DNA from: an uncultured delta proteobacterium
GTDB lineage: Bacteria > Desulfobacterota > Binatia > Binatales > Binataceae
DNA length: 64,000 nt
Assembly (NCBI GenBank): GCA_963724765.1
Contig: CAVRVY010000003.1
Span: 64,001 to 128,000, forward strand
Direction of reading: 5' to 3'
Numbering within the stretch: the first letter of the stretch is position 1; every line of letters begins with the position of its first letter. Position numbers and translations under genes: made by a program. Positions 20,640-31,412 of this stretch are shown here, in pieces. The notes beneath the pieces are model-generated. The model had not been told where the DNA came from, searched no databases, and worked only from the letters and a program-made list of their open reading frames with translations.

Positions 20640-21282
20640 TCGGCGCGGACCCGAGTGTCGGTACGCGATACCCTGTGCCCTCTAAAAACTTGATCCGCGC
20701 GGATTTATTGGTGATTTCGATCGCCTGGACGATAGCCTGCTTTCATGGCGATGGCGAACAGCGGGGCAGTCCTGATCGCGCGAAGCGAACTCCCAACCCT
20801 ACCGCGCTGCTGTTGGAAGCGATCGCCGTACTGCCGATCAACAGCCTAGAGCAAATTAACTCCCACATATCGACGCTGTTGAGAATCGACTTTCTCAAGG
20901 AGCTTAGGAATGCCGCTCTGAAGTCTTCAATATGGGCGCCGGTCGAATGACACTGGTTTTCCCTCTCCCATCGGCAATGATGCCGTCCAGGTTTACGGTG
21001 GGGCTAAACGGCTCTTCGAGTTACGCCACATCTATGCTCACGAGGTTCCCCACAAGTGCGATGCAGAAGATTAACAGCAGAGTCCGCTGCTTCAACCTGC
21101 CGGAGCAGAAATCGGTCAAGTGCGAAATAGCAGTAGGCATGCGATTCAGCGGAGCATGTCAAAGGAGCGGCGACTCCACGACGCGGCAATGACAATTCTC
21201 CGATCCTCTAATAAGTGTGAAGTTGCGCGATACGGTAATTTCGCTCATTTCTCCGGATGCTGCGGGAAATTGAAGGACTGAC

Positions 21283-21308
21283 TGGCGACGGGGGAGATTT
21301 GAACCCCC
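21283..21308 (-). repeat. tRNA-3'-like att remnant
   Basis: Reverse complement GGGGGTTCAAATCTCCCCCGTCGCCA, followed by GTCAGTC...GGAGAAATGAGCGAAAT as at the other junctions. Confidence 0.6.
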
Positions 21309-21568
21309 GAACGACCTTGTGTCGTCCCCAATAGTAAGATGCCCCCAGTTTGCAGCACGGTTTGGCGGTGGGCTATGGGTATGCTGACTTGGAGCGTCAA
21401 AACGGGAATTCCGGTCAGCAGGAGGGGTAGAACGATGCGCATAGAGTCAAAGGGAAATGGTTGTGCTCCGCAAAATTATTCGGTCGGCGGCCAAGGACAC
21501 GCATTGCGAAGGCTTTTGCGTCCGGTAGGGTCTGGGCCAGAACACCGGGCAATCGTGCCCTGGCTGTT

Positions 21569-21997
21569 CTACTTCTCCAGTCGGCGGTGTGAAGTCGCCT
21601 CATCGTCAACCCAGTCCTCCTCCGTGTAGGTCATTGCACGGCGGCGGCCGGGAACCTTGCGCGCCGGTCCGGCTTGGTAGAGCGGGCAAGCACGAGGACC
21701 GTAACAGAAGGTCTCGGTTCGGTAGTGGCGCCGACTCGGATTCCACTGATCAATAATCATCTCGACCGGCATCCGGCATCCCCAGATGCAGCTCAAGCAC
21801 TTCTCCTGGAAGGTTTGCGCGGCGAGTCGCCGATGACCGCGCTCGCGGTAGACCGCCAGCGGCGGTGGCACACCGCGCCACGGAGGTGGCGGGGCCTCGT
21901 CCTCAGCCTCAGGTAGTCCAACTTTCAACTTGCTGACCTGGTAGAATTCAACCGTCTCCAACCGCGGATCCGCAACTGGCAGCGCATCACCGGACAC
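21569..21997 (-). pseudogene. C-terminal fragment of a Cys-rich hypothetical protein
   Basis: CLSCIWGCRMPVEMIIDQWNP...FCYGPRACPLY; 5' end cut by the recombinase scrap. Confidence 0.55.
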
Positions 21998-22004
21998 TGC
22001 GCGG

Positions 22005-22273
22005 CACTATTGAAAGCCGTCGCCCGGGCGCGGCAATGGTCTGAAGACCTGCTGATGGGCAGAGCAAAGTCAGTTGCAAAGATCGCTGAACGCGAAGGGG
22101 TCTCAGACCGCTACGTCAGACGACTAACGCGGCTGGCATTCCTGGCACCGGAGATTGTCGAGGCGATAGTTGCTGGTAACCAACCGCCCGAGCTCACCGC
22201 CGAGGCCTTGGCCGAACGGATCGATCTTCCTCTTCTTTGGACCGCGCAAGAACAAGCCGTGGGAATCGCATAG
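22005..22273 (+). pseudogene. Large serine recombinase C-terminal remnant
   Basis: KAVARARQW...IAEREGVSDRYVRRLTRLAFLAPEIVEAIVAGNQP...LPLLWTAQ; paralogous to 63639-64000. Confidence 0.85.
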
Positions 22274-22511
22274 TTCCTCTTAAGTTCGATCACTTCCGCA
22301 CCATCCTGGCCGAGCACGTCGGCGAATCGGATCCTGTCGTGCGTCGGGCGTGGATGGAACCGCCTCACTTGCCAACAGAGATTTTGGCCGCGTCTTGCGC
22401 GCGAACCAGCCAAAGGTGGTCTTCTCCGGTGCCGCCAAATCTGCAAATGACGCCGCAATCGCGCGCTATTTCGGCGGCTTGAAGGGAGTGTCCTCAGAGA
22501 TAAGGACTCGT

Positions 22512-22604
22512 TGGCGGACCGAAGTGAATTCGAACTGCCGGTACCGCTTTCTAAACTGCCTGACGACGTCATCATGTTAAGCTTTGCGACATCGAGACGA
22601 GTTG
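22512..22604 (-). repeat. tRNA-3'-like repeat, copy 2
   Basis: Reverse complement ends GGTACCGGCAGTTCGAATTCACTTCGGTCCGCCA; about 240 bp downstream of the recombinase stop. Confidence 0.9.
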
Positions 22605-22790
22605 TGAAGCGCTCCCACCCAGGACCGCATTTGTGACGCGCTGTAGGTTTGTTGTTGAAGCGAACGGTGCCAAAGTGGATTACCCTCAGCGGCAGAATCA
22701 GTCGCGGTGTTGCTCATGCCGCACGAACAAAACGCTTCCCTTGAACGTCGCGACAGTAACGCCAGACCGGCACGGAGTTCCGGACCATGA

Positions 22791-22886
22791 GGGCAACTCA
22801 TCTCAGCGTCGCAAATTATAACACGACGCTGTCGTCTGACAGTTTAGAAAGCGGTACCGGCAGTTCGAATTCACTTCGCTCCGCCA
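22791..22886 (+). repeat. tRNA-3'-like repeat, copy 3 (inverted relative to copy 2)
   Basis: GGGCAACTCATCTCAGCGTCGCAAATTATAACACGACGCTG...CAGTTCGAATTCACTTCGCTCCGCCA. Confidence 0.9.
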
Positions 22887-22936
22887 ACGAGTCCTCGTCT
22901 CTAGCCGAGCGTGACCGTATGCCTCGAGATCGAATG

Positions 22937-23611
22937 CTACGGGAAGAAATTCCCGGCCAGGAGCAACGATATTAGCTCCGTCACACCCCTTCCGTTAGCC
23001 GAAGCCATCACCAAGTCACATCTATCTTTCACCGCTGGCAAGGCGTTGCTGACAGCGACCGAACATTCACATAGTTCGAGAAAGGCGTGGTCGTTTTCTG
23101 CATCGCCAATTCCGATGGCGTTGTGCGGCGATAGTTGCATCTTGTGCAGTGCTGCGGCGAGGCCCGAGCCCTTGTTTACACCTGCTGGCAGCACCATTAC
23201 CGAACCTTTGTTAAAGATGATGTTAAGTTCGAGTCCGAAATCCCGAATCGCGGTGAGAACTTTGTGCTTTTGCGGTAGCGAGGTCGCAACTATGACCTCG
23301 CCAGTCGAGAGAGGAAAAACCTTGCGAGCGCGGAGTTCATCAATGAAGCGGGCAGGAGGGGCTTCGGCCAGGGGAATGATTTCTCTTGTTGCCGGCTTGT
23401 AGAGGACTGCGCCGTTTTCGGCAACAACGTAATCGAAAAGATCGAGCACGTTACACGCGACTATCAAGTCGGAAATGATACGGCCCGTTACTAGCACGAG
23501 TTTGCGCCCTGACTCCCTGATGCGGCGCAACGCCCTAGCAGTGCTATCCGCGACGGAGCCGTCTGTAGCGATGGTGCCGTCGTAATCAAGCGCGAGCACT
23601 GCGAAATGCAT
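22937..23611 (-). CDS. HAD-IIB (Cof-like) hydrolase, possibly 3'-truncated
   Basis: ALDYDGT, VTGR, NKGSGL, GIGDAEND. Confidence 0.85.
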   Translation of the reverse strand: MHFAVLALDYDGTIATDGSVADSTARALRRIRESGRKLVLVTGRIISDLIVACNVLDLFDYVVAENGAVLYKPATREIIPLAEAPPARFIDELRARKVFPLSTGEVIVATSLPQKHKVLTAIRDFGLELNIIFNKGSVMVLPAGVNKGSGLAAALHKMQLSPHNAIGIGDAENDHAFLELCECSVAVSNALPAVKDRCDLVMASANGRGVTELISLLLAGNFFP

Positions 23612-24038
23612 AGGGAACGGAGCAATCATAAGTGGCGGGGATATCGACAATCGCATACTAACACTGTCAGACGGCTGTAGTTCTGCGAATCACGGGCCAA
23701 TCCCAAACCGCCCAATTCGCCCAGTCGCGATCATCCAGCTTCGGGAGAAGCGGACTTGTTCTAAACAGCTGAAGTAACTGGGGATATATATCGCCTTCCG
23801 AACGCGATGCTTTTCCGGTATGCGCGCTTCGTTCGCGGCAGAAGGCAGTGAGCCGTCGTAGTACAGGGTGAACCTCACAACTCCCACCGGATAATTTGAA
23901 GTTTGACGGTCCAACGGTTGCCACAGTAAACGGCCTTTTCAGGGACCGCTGGCCGCCCTTTCCTTTTACCCGCCGCTCTAGGGAAGATTATAATCGCCAT
24001 GTTTGTCGAAGACACCGACCGTGAAGAGGGATCTAAAA

Positions 24039-24317
24039 ATGCCAGACGAACAAGTTCTAGCCTGGTTGAAAGCGAAGGCACGTGCGACCGACGCGGAAGA
24101 ACAGCTCTCGGATATGTTGGACAAGGCCGAGAGAATGTTGAGGTCGCTTAGGGATCAGCCCTCGACCCCTTTTGATCCGAATAGCTGGCCGGAAGGCTCC
24201 GCAGTCGCGGCCGCCCTGCAGGAATGCCGCGAGGCACAACGCGCGTTCGAGCAGGCCAACGCTGCACTCAGCCCAGCGGACCGCAAGTTGCTGAAGTCGG
24301 TTCCCGCCGATTTCTGA
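24039..24317 (+). CDS. Small helical hypothetical protein
   Basis: GAGGG RBS and ATG, 92 aa. Confidence 0.5.
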   Translation: MPDEQVLAWLKAKARATDAEEQLSDMLDKAERMLRSLRDQPSTPFDPNSWPEGSAVAAALQECREAQRAFEQANAALSPADRKLLKSVPADF

Positions 24318-24695
24318 TGCCATTCTTCCTTTTCCCGAAGGCTCAAAGGCGATCCCGCCCTCAGCACGCATGGCCGCCGAGATTCAATTGCTCGCGTGCG
24401 GGTATTCGGCACAGTGCTCCGTCCGCTGCTGCCGCGCCCGAGCTACTCTCGACCCGCCATCGATACCGAAGGAAAAATTCGGAACCGCCAGCTGTATAGG
24501 GTTGAAAAAGCCTTTATTTTTCTAGATGGTCCTCAAAGAAAGGCCAGGACCTCAGAACTCGAGGTACCAGAGGCGGGCTCTTAGTCCCGAGGGCAGAAAG
24601 CGGATATCAGAGGCGATGAAGAGGCGCTGGGCAGGGCACAGAAGAAAGCTTCCCGATAGACCGAGCAGGCTTCCTAAAGGTGAGGAGACACGCAC

Positions 24696-25019
24696 ATGTC
24701 CGCGAAAGGAGCGAAGTCATCCGATTCGTCCAAGAAGCCATCGATCTCCGCAAAGATACGCTGCATTCTCACCCCCCAAGGGCAGAGAAACCAGATCAAA
24801 AAAGGCAAGAGTGGGCGGAGGCTTCAGGAAATCGATATTCGAATCAAGGCCGAGGACGTTGATCTCTTCGATGTCGATGAAGATGGGAAACTATCGTTCA
24901 TGCTCGCTCTCGCACCACTCGACGACTTACCCGAAAAGAGCGAGGTCATCCGACTCGTCCAAGAAGCCATAGAAAAAAAGAAGAGTGCGACGGCGCTGCA
25001 AGAGCAAGAAGACGAGTAG
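24696..25019 (+). CDS. Hypothetical protein with an internal 32-bp direct repeat
   Basis: GAGGAG RBS; AGCGAAGTCATCCGATTCGTCCAAGAAGCCAT near 24710 recurs near 24939. Confidence 0.45.
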   Translation: MSAKGAKSSDSSKKPSISAKIRCILTPQGQRNQIKKGKSGRRLQEIDIRIKAEDVDLFDVDEDGKLSFMLALAPLDDLPEKSEVIRLVQEAIEKKKSATALQEQEDE

Positions 25020-25029
25020 CGAATCGAGT

Positions 25030-25215
25030 AAGGCCGCCAGCCAGCCGCCTTCAACAAAGCTTTGACCTTTTCATCCAGATCTTGTGCGATTTTCAAAGCT
25101 TTAGGACTTCCGTACGGAGCAAGAGCGCTCGCCATCGTGTCGTAAGACGGGCGCACTCCGTCCGACCGCTCATCAATTAAGATCGTAACTGGCGCATACG
25201 AGCCCGCGTCCTGGC
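25030..25215 (-). pseudogene. DUF302-like C-terminal scrap
   Basis: DAGSYAPVTILIDERSDGVRPSYD..AS.LAPYG...AQDLDEKV. Confidence 0.6.
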
Positions 25216-25474
25216 ACGTGCTCCACCATCTGCACGCCGGCGGGACTGAACAAACCGCAAGACGAGCGCGGGCTTGGTGTGGTACTGCAACGCCCGATGG
25301 TCGAGTTCGTGACCGACTTGCGACTTGACAGAGAAGCCAAGGAACAAACACCGAGGGCATCCGCAAGCCCGAACTCCGCTTGGCGACTTGAATCGTTGCG
25401 CATATGATCGCGAGCTAAGGGCGGATGTAAGCTCTCCACGGAAGGGGTCGAAGTAAAGAGAAAGAGGCTTGGTG

Positions 25475-25720
25475 ATGGCTACGGACAAAACTACGAAAGG
25501 CAGACGGGCGCGCAAGCCCGTGATGGACGGAGCGGTTGCCCGTCCGGTGGCGCACAACGGTACGCCAGTGGCTGTTGCGAACGGTTCGCGAACTGTCGAA
25601 CAGATTCAGCGGCGGGCCTACGAACTATTTTTGGCGCGCGGCGGCGTCCACGGCAACAACTGGATCGACTGGTTCACCGCCGAGAGAGAATTGATCGGAT
25701 CGCATCTGCGGACGGAATAA
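25475..25720 (+). CDS. DUF2934-family protein
   Basis: EQIQRRAYELFLARGGVHG...DWFTAEREL. Confidence 0.85.
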   Translation: MATDKTTKGRRARKPVMDGAVARPVAHNGTPVAVANGSRTVEQIQRRAYELFLARGGVHGNNWIDWFTAERELIGSHLRTE

Positions 25721-25789
25721 TTCGCGTAGGCGACTTGCAATAGCCGCAGGCTCCGCGCCGTGCAGAACCGATAGACAGGCTTCAGGGCC

Positions 25790-26140
25790 CGGCCGAGGTT
25801 CCTCGATGCACGCCATCTGGCGCAACCCGACGGGTGGATCTCGCGCAGTGCTGTTTCAGCGCCTCGATTCGCGAGAACGTGCTCTACGGTCGCCCCGGCG
25901 CTTCCGAGGCTCTGGCACGCGCTCGAGAATGCCAATATCAGCGACTTTGTCGCGTCGACTCCCGCTCGACACGATGATTGGCGAGGGCGGGCTCAAGCCG
26001 GCGAGCGCCAGCGCCTCGCGCTTGCACGCGTGTTTTTGAAGAACCCGCCCGTGCTGATCCTCGACGAAGCTAAGTCAGGGCTGGACTCCGAGGTCGAGAA
26101 CCTTATCCACGACGCGGTCCGCCGCTTGATGCGTGGCCCT
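25790..26140 (+). pseudogene. ABC exporter ATPase domain scrap, frameshifted
   Basis: [46 protein letters not shown] across frames. Confidence 0.8.
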
Positions 26141-26661
26141 GCCCGCCATCGCTCGACCGGCTGAGGCTGTTATGGCTGCATTTGCCGACATCACCTCTCT
26201 TCTGTCGCCCACCTGCCGCGTGCGTCGGGGTCAGCGACACCAAAATTAGCCTTGCAAAGCTAACGTCATCCTTGTCGATGCGATGTTTTCAGCGTAATTT
26301 CGAAGCGCGTCATCCAAACGGACGGCAGGCAGTCAGCAAAAGCGAGCCGCAGCTGGAGCGCCCGCCATGTGGACGCGCGTTGCACTTCCGCGCTGACCTA
26401 CGCACCGCACGACGGGCAGAGCGCCTCAAGCCTTGTCCCGCATCTGCTTGCGAAACCACCACCAGCGCCAGAGCAAGATCTAAAGCAGCCGATCCCAACG
26501 ATGAAGCACGGGCGACGAGTTCGGCCGCGCTCCAGCACGGCGATTTGGTTGGCGCAGCTCGAAACAAAACCGGCTAGAACCTTGCAGAGGAAGGCCGTTC
26601 GGTTTATACGGCGAGTTGGAATCAGAGAATCGAAACGGAAATCTCGGTCAAGGAGACTCTT

Positions 26662-27111
26662 ATGATCAGCGAAACGCTTCTGAGAGCGCTTCAAGAGAGG
26701 ATGCGTAAGCTGTCGGAGGCCAGCTCGGGGCATGCGGTGCATGACGCCGAACTTAGGGCGGCCGTAGAGCGCGCAAGGTTGACCGATGCGAGCGAGGCAG
26801 CCCGGGAAGCCGCGGCTGTCAGCGACTGTGAAAGACTACTGGACGAAATAAAGGAACTGCGTGATCACATCAACAACCTTAGCCGCAGCCGAGAAGATCC
26901 CGTCCTTGTATCTGGCCTGAAGGAAGAATTGACCGAATTGGAAACTAGACGGCTTGAAAGCGACCAGCAGCTCGAACGACTACGAGCCCACCGCCACGAA
27001 ACTCTCGAAAACGCCATTAGGGAACTCGAATCCGCGGAGCAGGAACACAGGCACATCGCGGACCAGGCGATGAGGCTACGAGAACATATTGAAAAACTTT
27101 CGCACGGCTGA
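26662..27111 (+). CDS. Coiled-coil hypothetical protein
   Basis: AAGGAG RBS, E/R/L-rich heptads. Confidence 0.65.
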   Translation: MISETLLRALQERMRKLSEASSGHAVHDAELRAAVERARLTDASEAAREAAAVSDCERLLDEIKELRDHINNLSRSREDPVLVSGLKEELTELETRRLESDQQLERLRAHRHETLENAIRELESAEQEHRHIADQAMRLREHIEKLSHG

Positions 27112-27334
27112 GTGACGGGCAGCGCGGACCCGCTCAGGCCGGTTTCCCCCGGCGACGATAAAGCCTGGGTCGGTGGCCGTTTGATTCCAAACGTGGCGAA
27201 CGAAGCGAACCGGAGAAAGCCGAAGCGGAGCTAATAACAGGCGAACAAATTCTCTTGAGCACGGATGCATTTTTGTCGAGCCAAATAGTGCGCCAAACTC
27301 GGGCCGAATTCCACCCGTATAGAATTTCGCGGCG

Positions 27335-27365
27335 CCGGGGGGTTCGAATCCCCCTCGCTCCGCCA
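27335..27365 (+). repeat. tRNA(Ser-like) 3' end fragment, att site
   Basis: CCGGGGGGTTCGAATCCCCCTCGCTCCGCCA: T-arm plus acceptor strand with CCA and no 5' half; the following 50 bp match 10608-10665. Confidence 0.8.
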
Positions 27366-28005
27366 GCGAGTCCTCGATGTTGAGAAAATCCGCCTAACGT
27401 CTGCCAAATCCGCGCGTACTTCACCTGACAGGTCCGTGCATCGAATTGTTCACGCCGTCCTGGGATCAACGGCCGCATCCCATTCTGCATTATACTTCAA
27501 GAACCTGGGCGCACCCTGAACGTCGCAAATCACGAACGGATCGCGGATAAGCGACACGGTACGGAATCCTGTCTCGAAACCAAGGCATGACACGGCCAAC
27601 AGTCCGCCAAGCACGTTGACTTAGTATTTCGTGGGCCAAGTTTACCCCCCGAGCGCTCTGACCGCCCCTGGAATTAGCGAGAAGATTCCTGCCGGCCGTC
27701 TGCTAGATCGCAGACATGAAGCGCTGCCGCGCCGCTTCGTTCGTATTGGTTCTCTGCGAGACAGTTCCGTTTTGACAGGAAGTAGTGTTTTCTGACAGGT
27801 TGCGATCAAGGCTTCACGTTGACTCCCCCCTCGGCACGAAGTGTCAACACTGGAGTGAAAGTACATCAGCGCGCCAGAGCAAAAGTCCATCATTTGGATA
27901 AGCCGATGGCAGGTAGGTTGACGTCTGGCAGGGGGAGCGCGAGGGGGATCACCCCCTCGCTACTGTGTCGAAAAGATCTAGCTTTGTGGGTTGGAGTTAG
28001 TGGTG

Positions 28006-28782
28006 TTAGCCGGATTCTCGCGGTTGATCGTCACTGATGCGGCGCTTGCTGTGTTTGAGCCTGAAGCTGTCACCGTTCATCTCGAGGATGTGAACGTGGT
28101 GGGTAAGACGATCAAGCAGTGCGCCGGTTAAGCGCTCGGAGCCGAACACGCTGGTCCACTCATCGAACGGCAGATTGCTGGTAACGATGATCGAGCCGCG
28201 CTCGTAGCGCTGGCTGAAGACTTCGAACAGTAACTCTGCACCAGTTGGGGAGAGCGGGACGTAGCCGAGTTCATCCACGATCAGAAGCTTGTAGCCGGCG
28301 AGTTGACGTTGGAGGCGCAGCAGACGCTTCTCATCATGCGCTTCATGCAGCTCGTTGACCAAAGCGGCAGCGGTGGTGAAGCCGACCGCGAGACCCTTCT
28401 GGCAGGCGGCCAGACCTAGCCCGAGAGCCACATGAGTCTTGCCGGTGCCACTGTTGCCGACCGCGATGATGTTCTCGCGGCGCGCGATATACTCCGAGCG
28501 GGCCAGTTCCAGCACTAGCGTCTTGTTGAGCGAGGGGAGCGCTGCGAATTCGAAGCTATCGAGACTTTTGACCGCCGGGAACCTGGCTTCCTTGATTCGC
28601 CGCTCGATGGTCCGGCGTTCCCGTTCGATCATCTCCAGCTCGGCCAGGCGCAACAGGTAGCGAGGATAGTCGACATCCTCGCCGGCGCATTGGCGCGCCA
28701 ACTTGTCATACTCGCGCAAAAAGGTGGGCAATCTGAGTGTTTTCAAGTAATGGGTGAGCAGAACCTGGGGCGTATCGCTCAT
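28006..28782 (-). CDS. istB: IS21 helper ATPase
   Basis: GNSGTGKTH, LIVDELGY, TSNLPF, LDRLTHH. Confidence 0.96.
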   Translation of the reverse strand: MSDTPQVLLTHYLKTLRLPTFLREYDKLARQCAGEDVDYPRYLLRLAELEMIERERRTIERRIKEARFPAVKSLDSFEFAALPSLNKTLVLELARSEYIARRENIIAVGNSGTGKTHVALGLGLAACQKGLAVGFTTAAALVNELHEAHDEKRLLRLQRQLAGYKLLIVDELGYVPLSPTGAELLFEVFSQRYERGSIIVTSNLPFDEWTSVFGSERLTGALLDRLTHHVHILEMNGDSFRLKHSKRRISDDQPRESG

Positions 28783-30278
28783 GAACCTGCTCCCGCCATC
28801 AGGCTCAGGTAGGATCGGGCCGAGGTGGTGCTCACAGTCGCCTGTGGCAGATAGGGATAGATCTTCAGGTCGAGTCGCGGTGGGCGCCGTTCGATGCGGC
28901 ACAGCACGAGATGCTTGACCGCGTCGAAGCTAATCACTCCGCGATCGATCGCTTCTCGAACTCCTGCGACCACGTCTTCGAGACCGAACACCTCGAGCAA
29001 GCGCAGGACCTGAACGAACTCCCGCTTACCGGGCTTGCGCAGGCGCGCTTCGAGCAGCCGGCGCAGCGTTGCGAACTCTTCAGGTAGTTCCCAGCCGACC
29101 AGCGGCGCGGCCTGGTCCAGCGCGCCGATCTTCCGCTCCAGCAGGGCCAGGTAGTGCAGTGGGTTGAACACGAAGTCCTCGCGCTCGTAGGAACGAGCGT
29201 GCCGGGCGATCTCCTCGGTTGCACAGGCGATCACAACTTCGTGGACGTAACCTCGGACCAGCACCTCGCGGTGACCGTATGCGCTTGGCACTGAGTAGTC
29301 GTTGCCGCGGTAGCGCACCAGCGACAACGAGCTGACCCAGGCGGGCCTCTTTTCGCACGCATCATAGGGTGCGGGCGGCAGCGGCAGGAGAGCCTCACGG
29401 TCCTTCACCAGCCGCTCGCCGATGGTGTCATCATGACCACGTAGCCGATCCTTCAAACGACGGCGGCAGCACTCCAGCAACTGCTCATTTAGCTCAGCGA
29501 AGCTGAGTGCGCGCGGGATCGGCACCATGAAGTTGCGCCGCGCATAGCCGACCAACCCCTCGACCTTGCCCTTATCGTTACCCTTGCCCGGCCGCCCGAA
29601 GCGATCGGCGAACAGAGAGTGGGACTGCAGCTCACTGAAGACCTTGGTGCGCTTACGGGTGCCATCTCCGAGTATGCGCGCCACCGCCAGCTTGGTGTTG
29701 TCGTAGAGGATCGAACGCGGCACTCCGCCAAAGAACTCGAAGCTGACGTTGTGACCTTCGCAGAAGGCCTCGGTGCTCTCCGCCGGATAGGCCTGCACCA
29801 AACAAGCATCGCTGTGCGGCAAGTCCATCGCGAAGAAGTGGATCTTGCACTCCTCACCTGCGATTACCGCGAGCGCTTCACCGAAGTCGACTTGCGCGTG
29901 TCCAGGATCATGGTGCAGTGGCACGAACATCTCGCGCAGCCGCTGGCGATGCTCGTGTACGTAAGCCCTTACGATCGAGATCCCGCCGTCATACCCATGC
30001 TCATCGCGCAGCCGCTCGAAAATCCGTTTCGCCGTGTGCTGCTGCTTGGCTGGGCGTAACTTATCTTCTTCCAAGATCCGGTCGATAATCCCGACAAACG
30101 GATCCAGCTTGGGCCGCGCCGGCGGCCGGCTCCGTCGATAACCAGGCGGCACCGAGAACGCCAGCATCTTCGCCACCGTCCGCGGGTCGATCCCAAAGCG
30201 CCGTGCTGCTTCCCGCCGACTCAGCCCCTCCACGTAAACCGCTCGTCGAACCTGCGCGTATAGTTCCACCCGCTTCAT
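28779..30278 (-). CDS. istA: IS21 transposase
   Basis: N-terminal HTH, AQVDFG, YDN, KGKVE (DDE). Confidence 0.96.
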   Translation of the reverse strand: MKRVELYAQVRRAVYVEGLSRREAARRFGIDPRTVAKMLAFSVPPGYRRSRPPARPKLDPFVGIIDRILEEDKLRPAKQQHTAKRIFERLRDEHGYDGGISIVRAYVHEHRQRLREMFVPLHHDPGHAQVDFGEALAVIAGEECKIHFFAMDLPHSDACLVQAYPAESTEAFCEGHNVSFEFFGGVPRSILYDNTKLAVARILGDGTRKRTKVFSELQSHSLFADRFGRPGKGNDKGKVEGLVGYARRNFMVPIPRALSFAELNEQLLECCRRRLKDRLRGHDDTIGERLVKDREALLPLPPAPYDACEKRPAWVSSLSLVRYRGNDYSVPSAYGHREVLVRGYVHEVVIACATEEIARHARSYEREDFVFNPLHYLALLERKIGALDQAAPLVGWELPEEFATLRRLLEARLRKPGKREFVQVLRLLEVFGLEDVVAGVREAIDRGVISFDAVKHLVLCRIERRPPRLDLKIYPYLPQATVSTTSARSYLSLMAGAGS

Positions 30279-30394
30279 CCCTCCGCCCACCTCTGCCGTT
30301 CCACGGCAAATGGGCTATTGCTGCCGGATTTTTACTCCGGTGCAACCGGTCTATCCGGCTGCTTCAGTGAGGGATTTTCTCTCTGGCGCTCTCA

Positions 30395-30645
30395 GCCATC
30401 CACTTTGAAGAACGTTTCCTGCTAACGGACTGAATAATGCGACCAGCGTCGAACCATAATTGCACTAGCCTTCGCGCCGGCTCGCCCTCAAGGGTTCGCG
30501 CGCGGTGCGCGCCGGCTCACGCCGCCCTTGACCGCGCCCGCCGCTCCGGCTCGCGGGCAGTTATGCAGTCGCGAGGGGCGACTGCTGCGTTAAGCAGCAG
30601 CCATTCACTACTAACTGCTCACACACGAAATTCCTGACAGCTCCC
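30395..30645 (+). mobile_element. IS256-family right-end remnant
   Basis: AIHFEERFLLTD* transposase tail, then terminus ACACACGAAATTCCTGACAGCTCCC. Confidence 0.65.
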
Positions 30646-31412
30646 GAGCCGCAGTTATCACCTCGGGAGCTTGCGGTCTCCTTCGTCGACCAGCAGCGCT
30701 ACTTTGTCTCGGAATCATCGGTCTATCGGCTCCTGAAGGCGCATGACCTGACCACCAGTCCCGCCTTCATCCTGATGAAGGCGGCCGACACCTTCGCCCA
30801 TCCAACCACCGCACCCAATCAACTCTGGCAAACCGACTTTACCTACCTGCGGGTGATCGGCTGGGGCTGGTTCTATCTGTCGACCGTGCTCGATGACTTC
30901 TCGCGCTACATCCTGGCCTGGAAGCTGTGCACCACCATGACCGCCACCGATGTTTCCGACACCCTGACGATGGCCCTGCGCCGTTCGGGGTTGGAGCGCG
31001 TCCGGGTTCGGCATCGACCGCGCCTGCTGAGCGACAACGGGCCGTCCTACCTCTCCGCCCAGCTCGGTTCCTGGCTCGCGGAGCACGGCATGACGCACCC
31101 CCGCGGCAAGCCTTATCACCCGATGACCCAGGGCAAGATCGAGCGCTACTACCGCTCCATGAAGAACCAGATCCTGCTCGAGAACTACTATCTGCCTGGC
31201 CAGCTCGAACGGCGCCTGGCCGAGTTCGTCGATTACTACAACCTGCGGCGCTACCACGAAAGTCTTAACAACCTGACCCCGGCCGATGTCTACTTCGGGC
31301 GTGATCGAACCATCCTGACCCGGAGGGAAAACATCAAGCTCAAAACCATCGAGCTACGACGCCGGCTGCACCACCAGACTGCAGCCACAACTTCAACTCA
31401 GATGGGCCAAAC
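30646..31412 (+). pseudogene. IS3/IS481-type transposase 3' part (rve core), 5'-truncated
   Basis: LSPRELAV..VSESSVYRLLK, WQTDFTY, LDDFSRY, SDNG, TQGKIER. Confidence 0.88.

Larger units (their letters stand above)
27842..30394 (-). mobile_element. IS21-family element, complete
   Basis: TG...CA termini with repeated CCAGAG/CCGGAG-NAAA motifs; istA and istB; no TSD seen. Confidence 0.92.

Noticed and set aside
27290-27365. Complete tRNA gene
   Set aside because: Only the T-arm and 3' acceptor strand are present; no D-arm, anticodon arm or pairing 5' strand was found.
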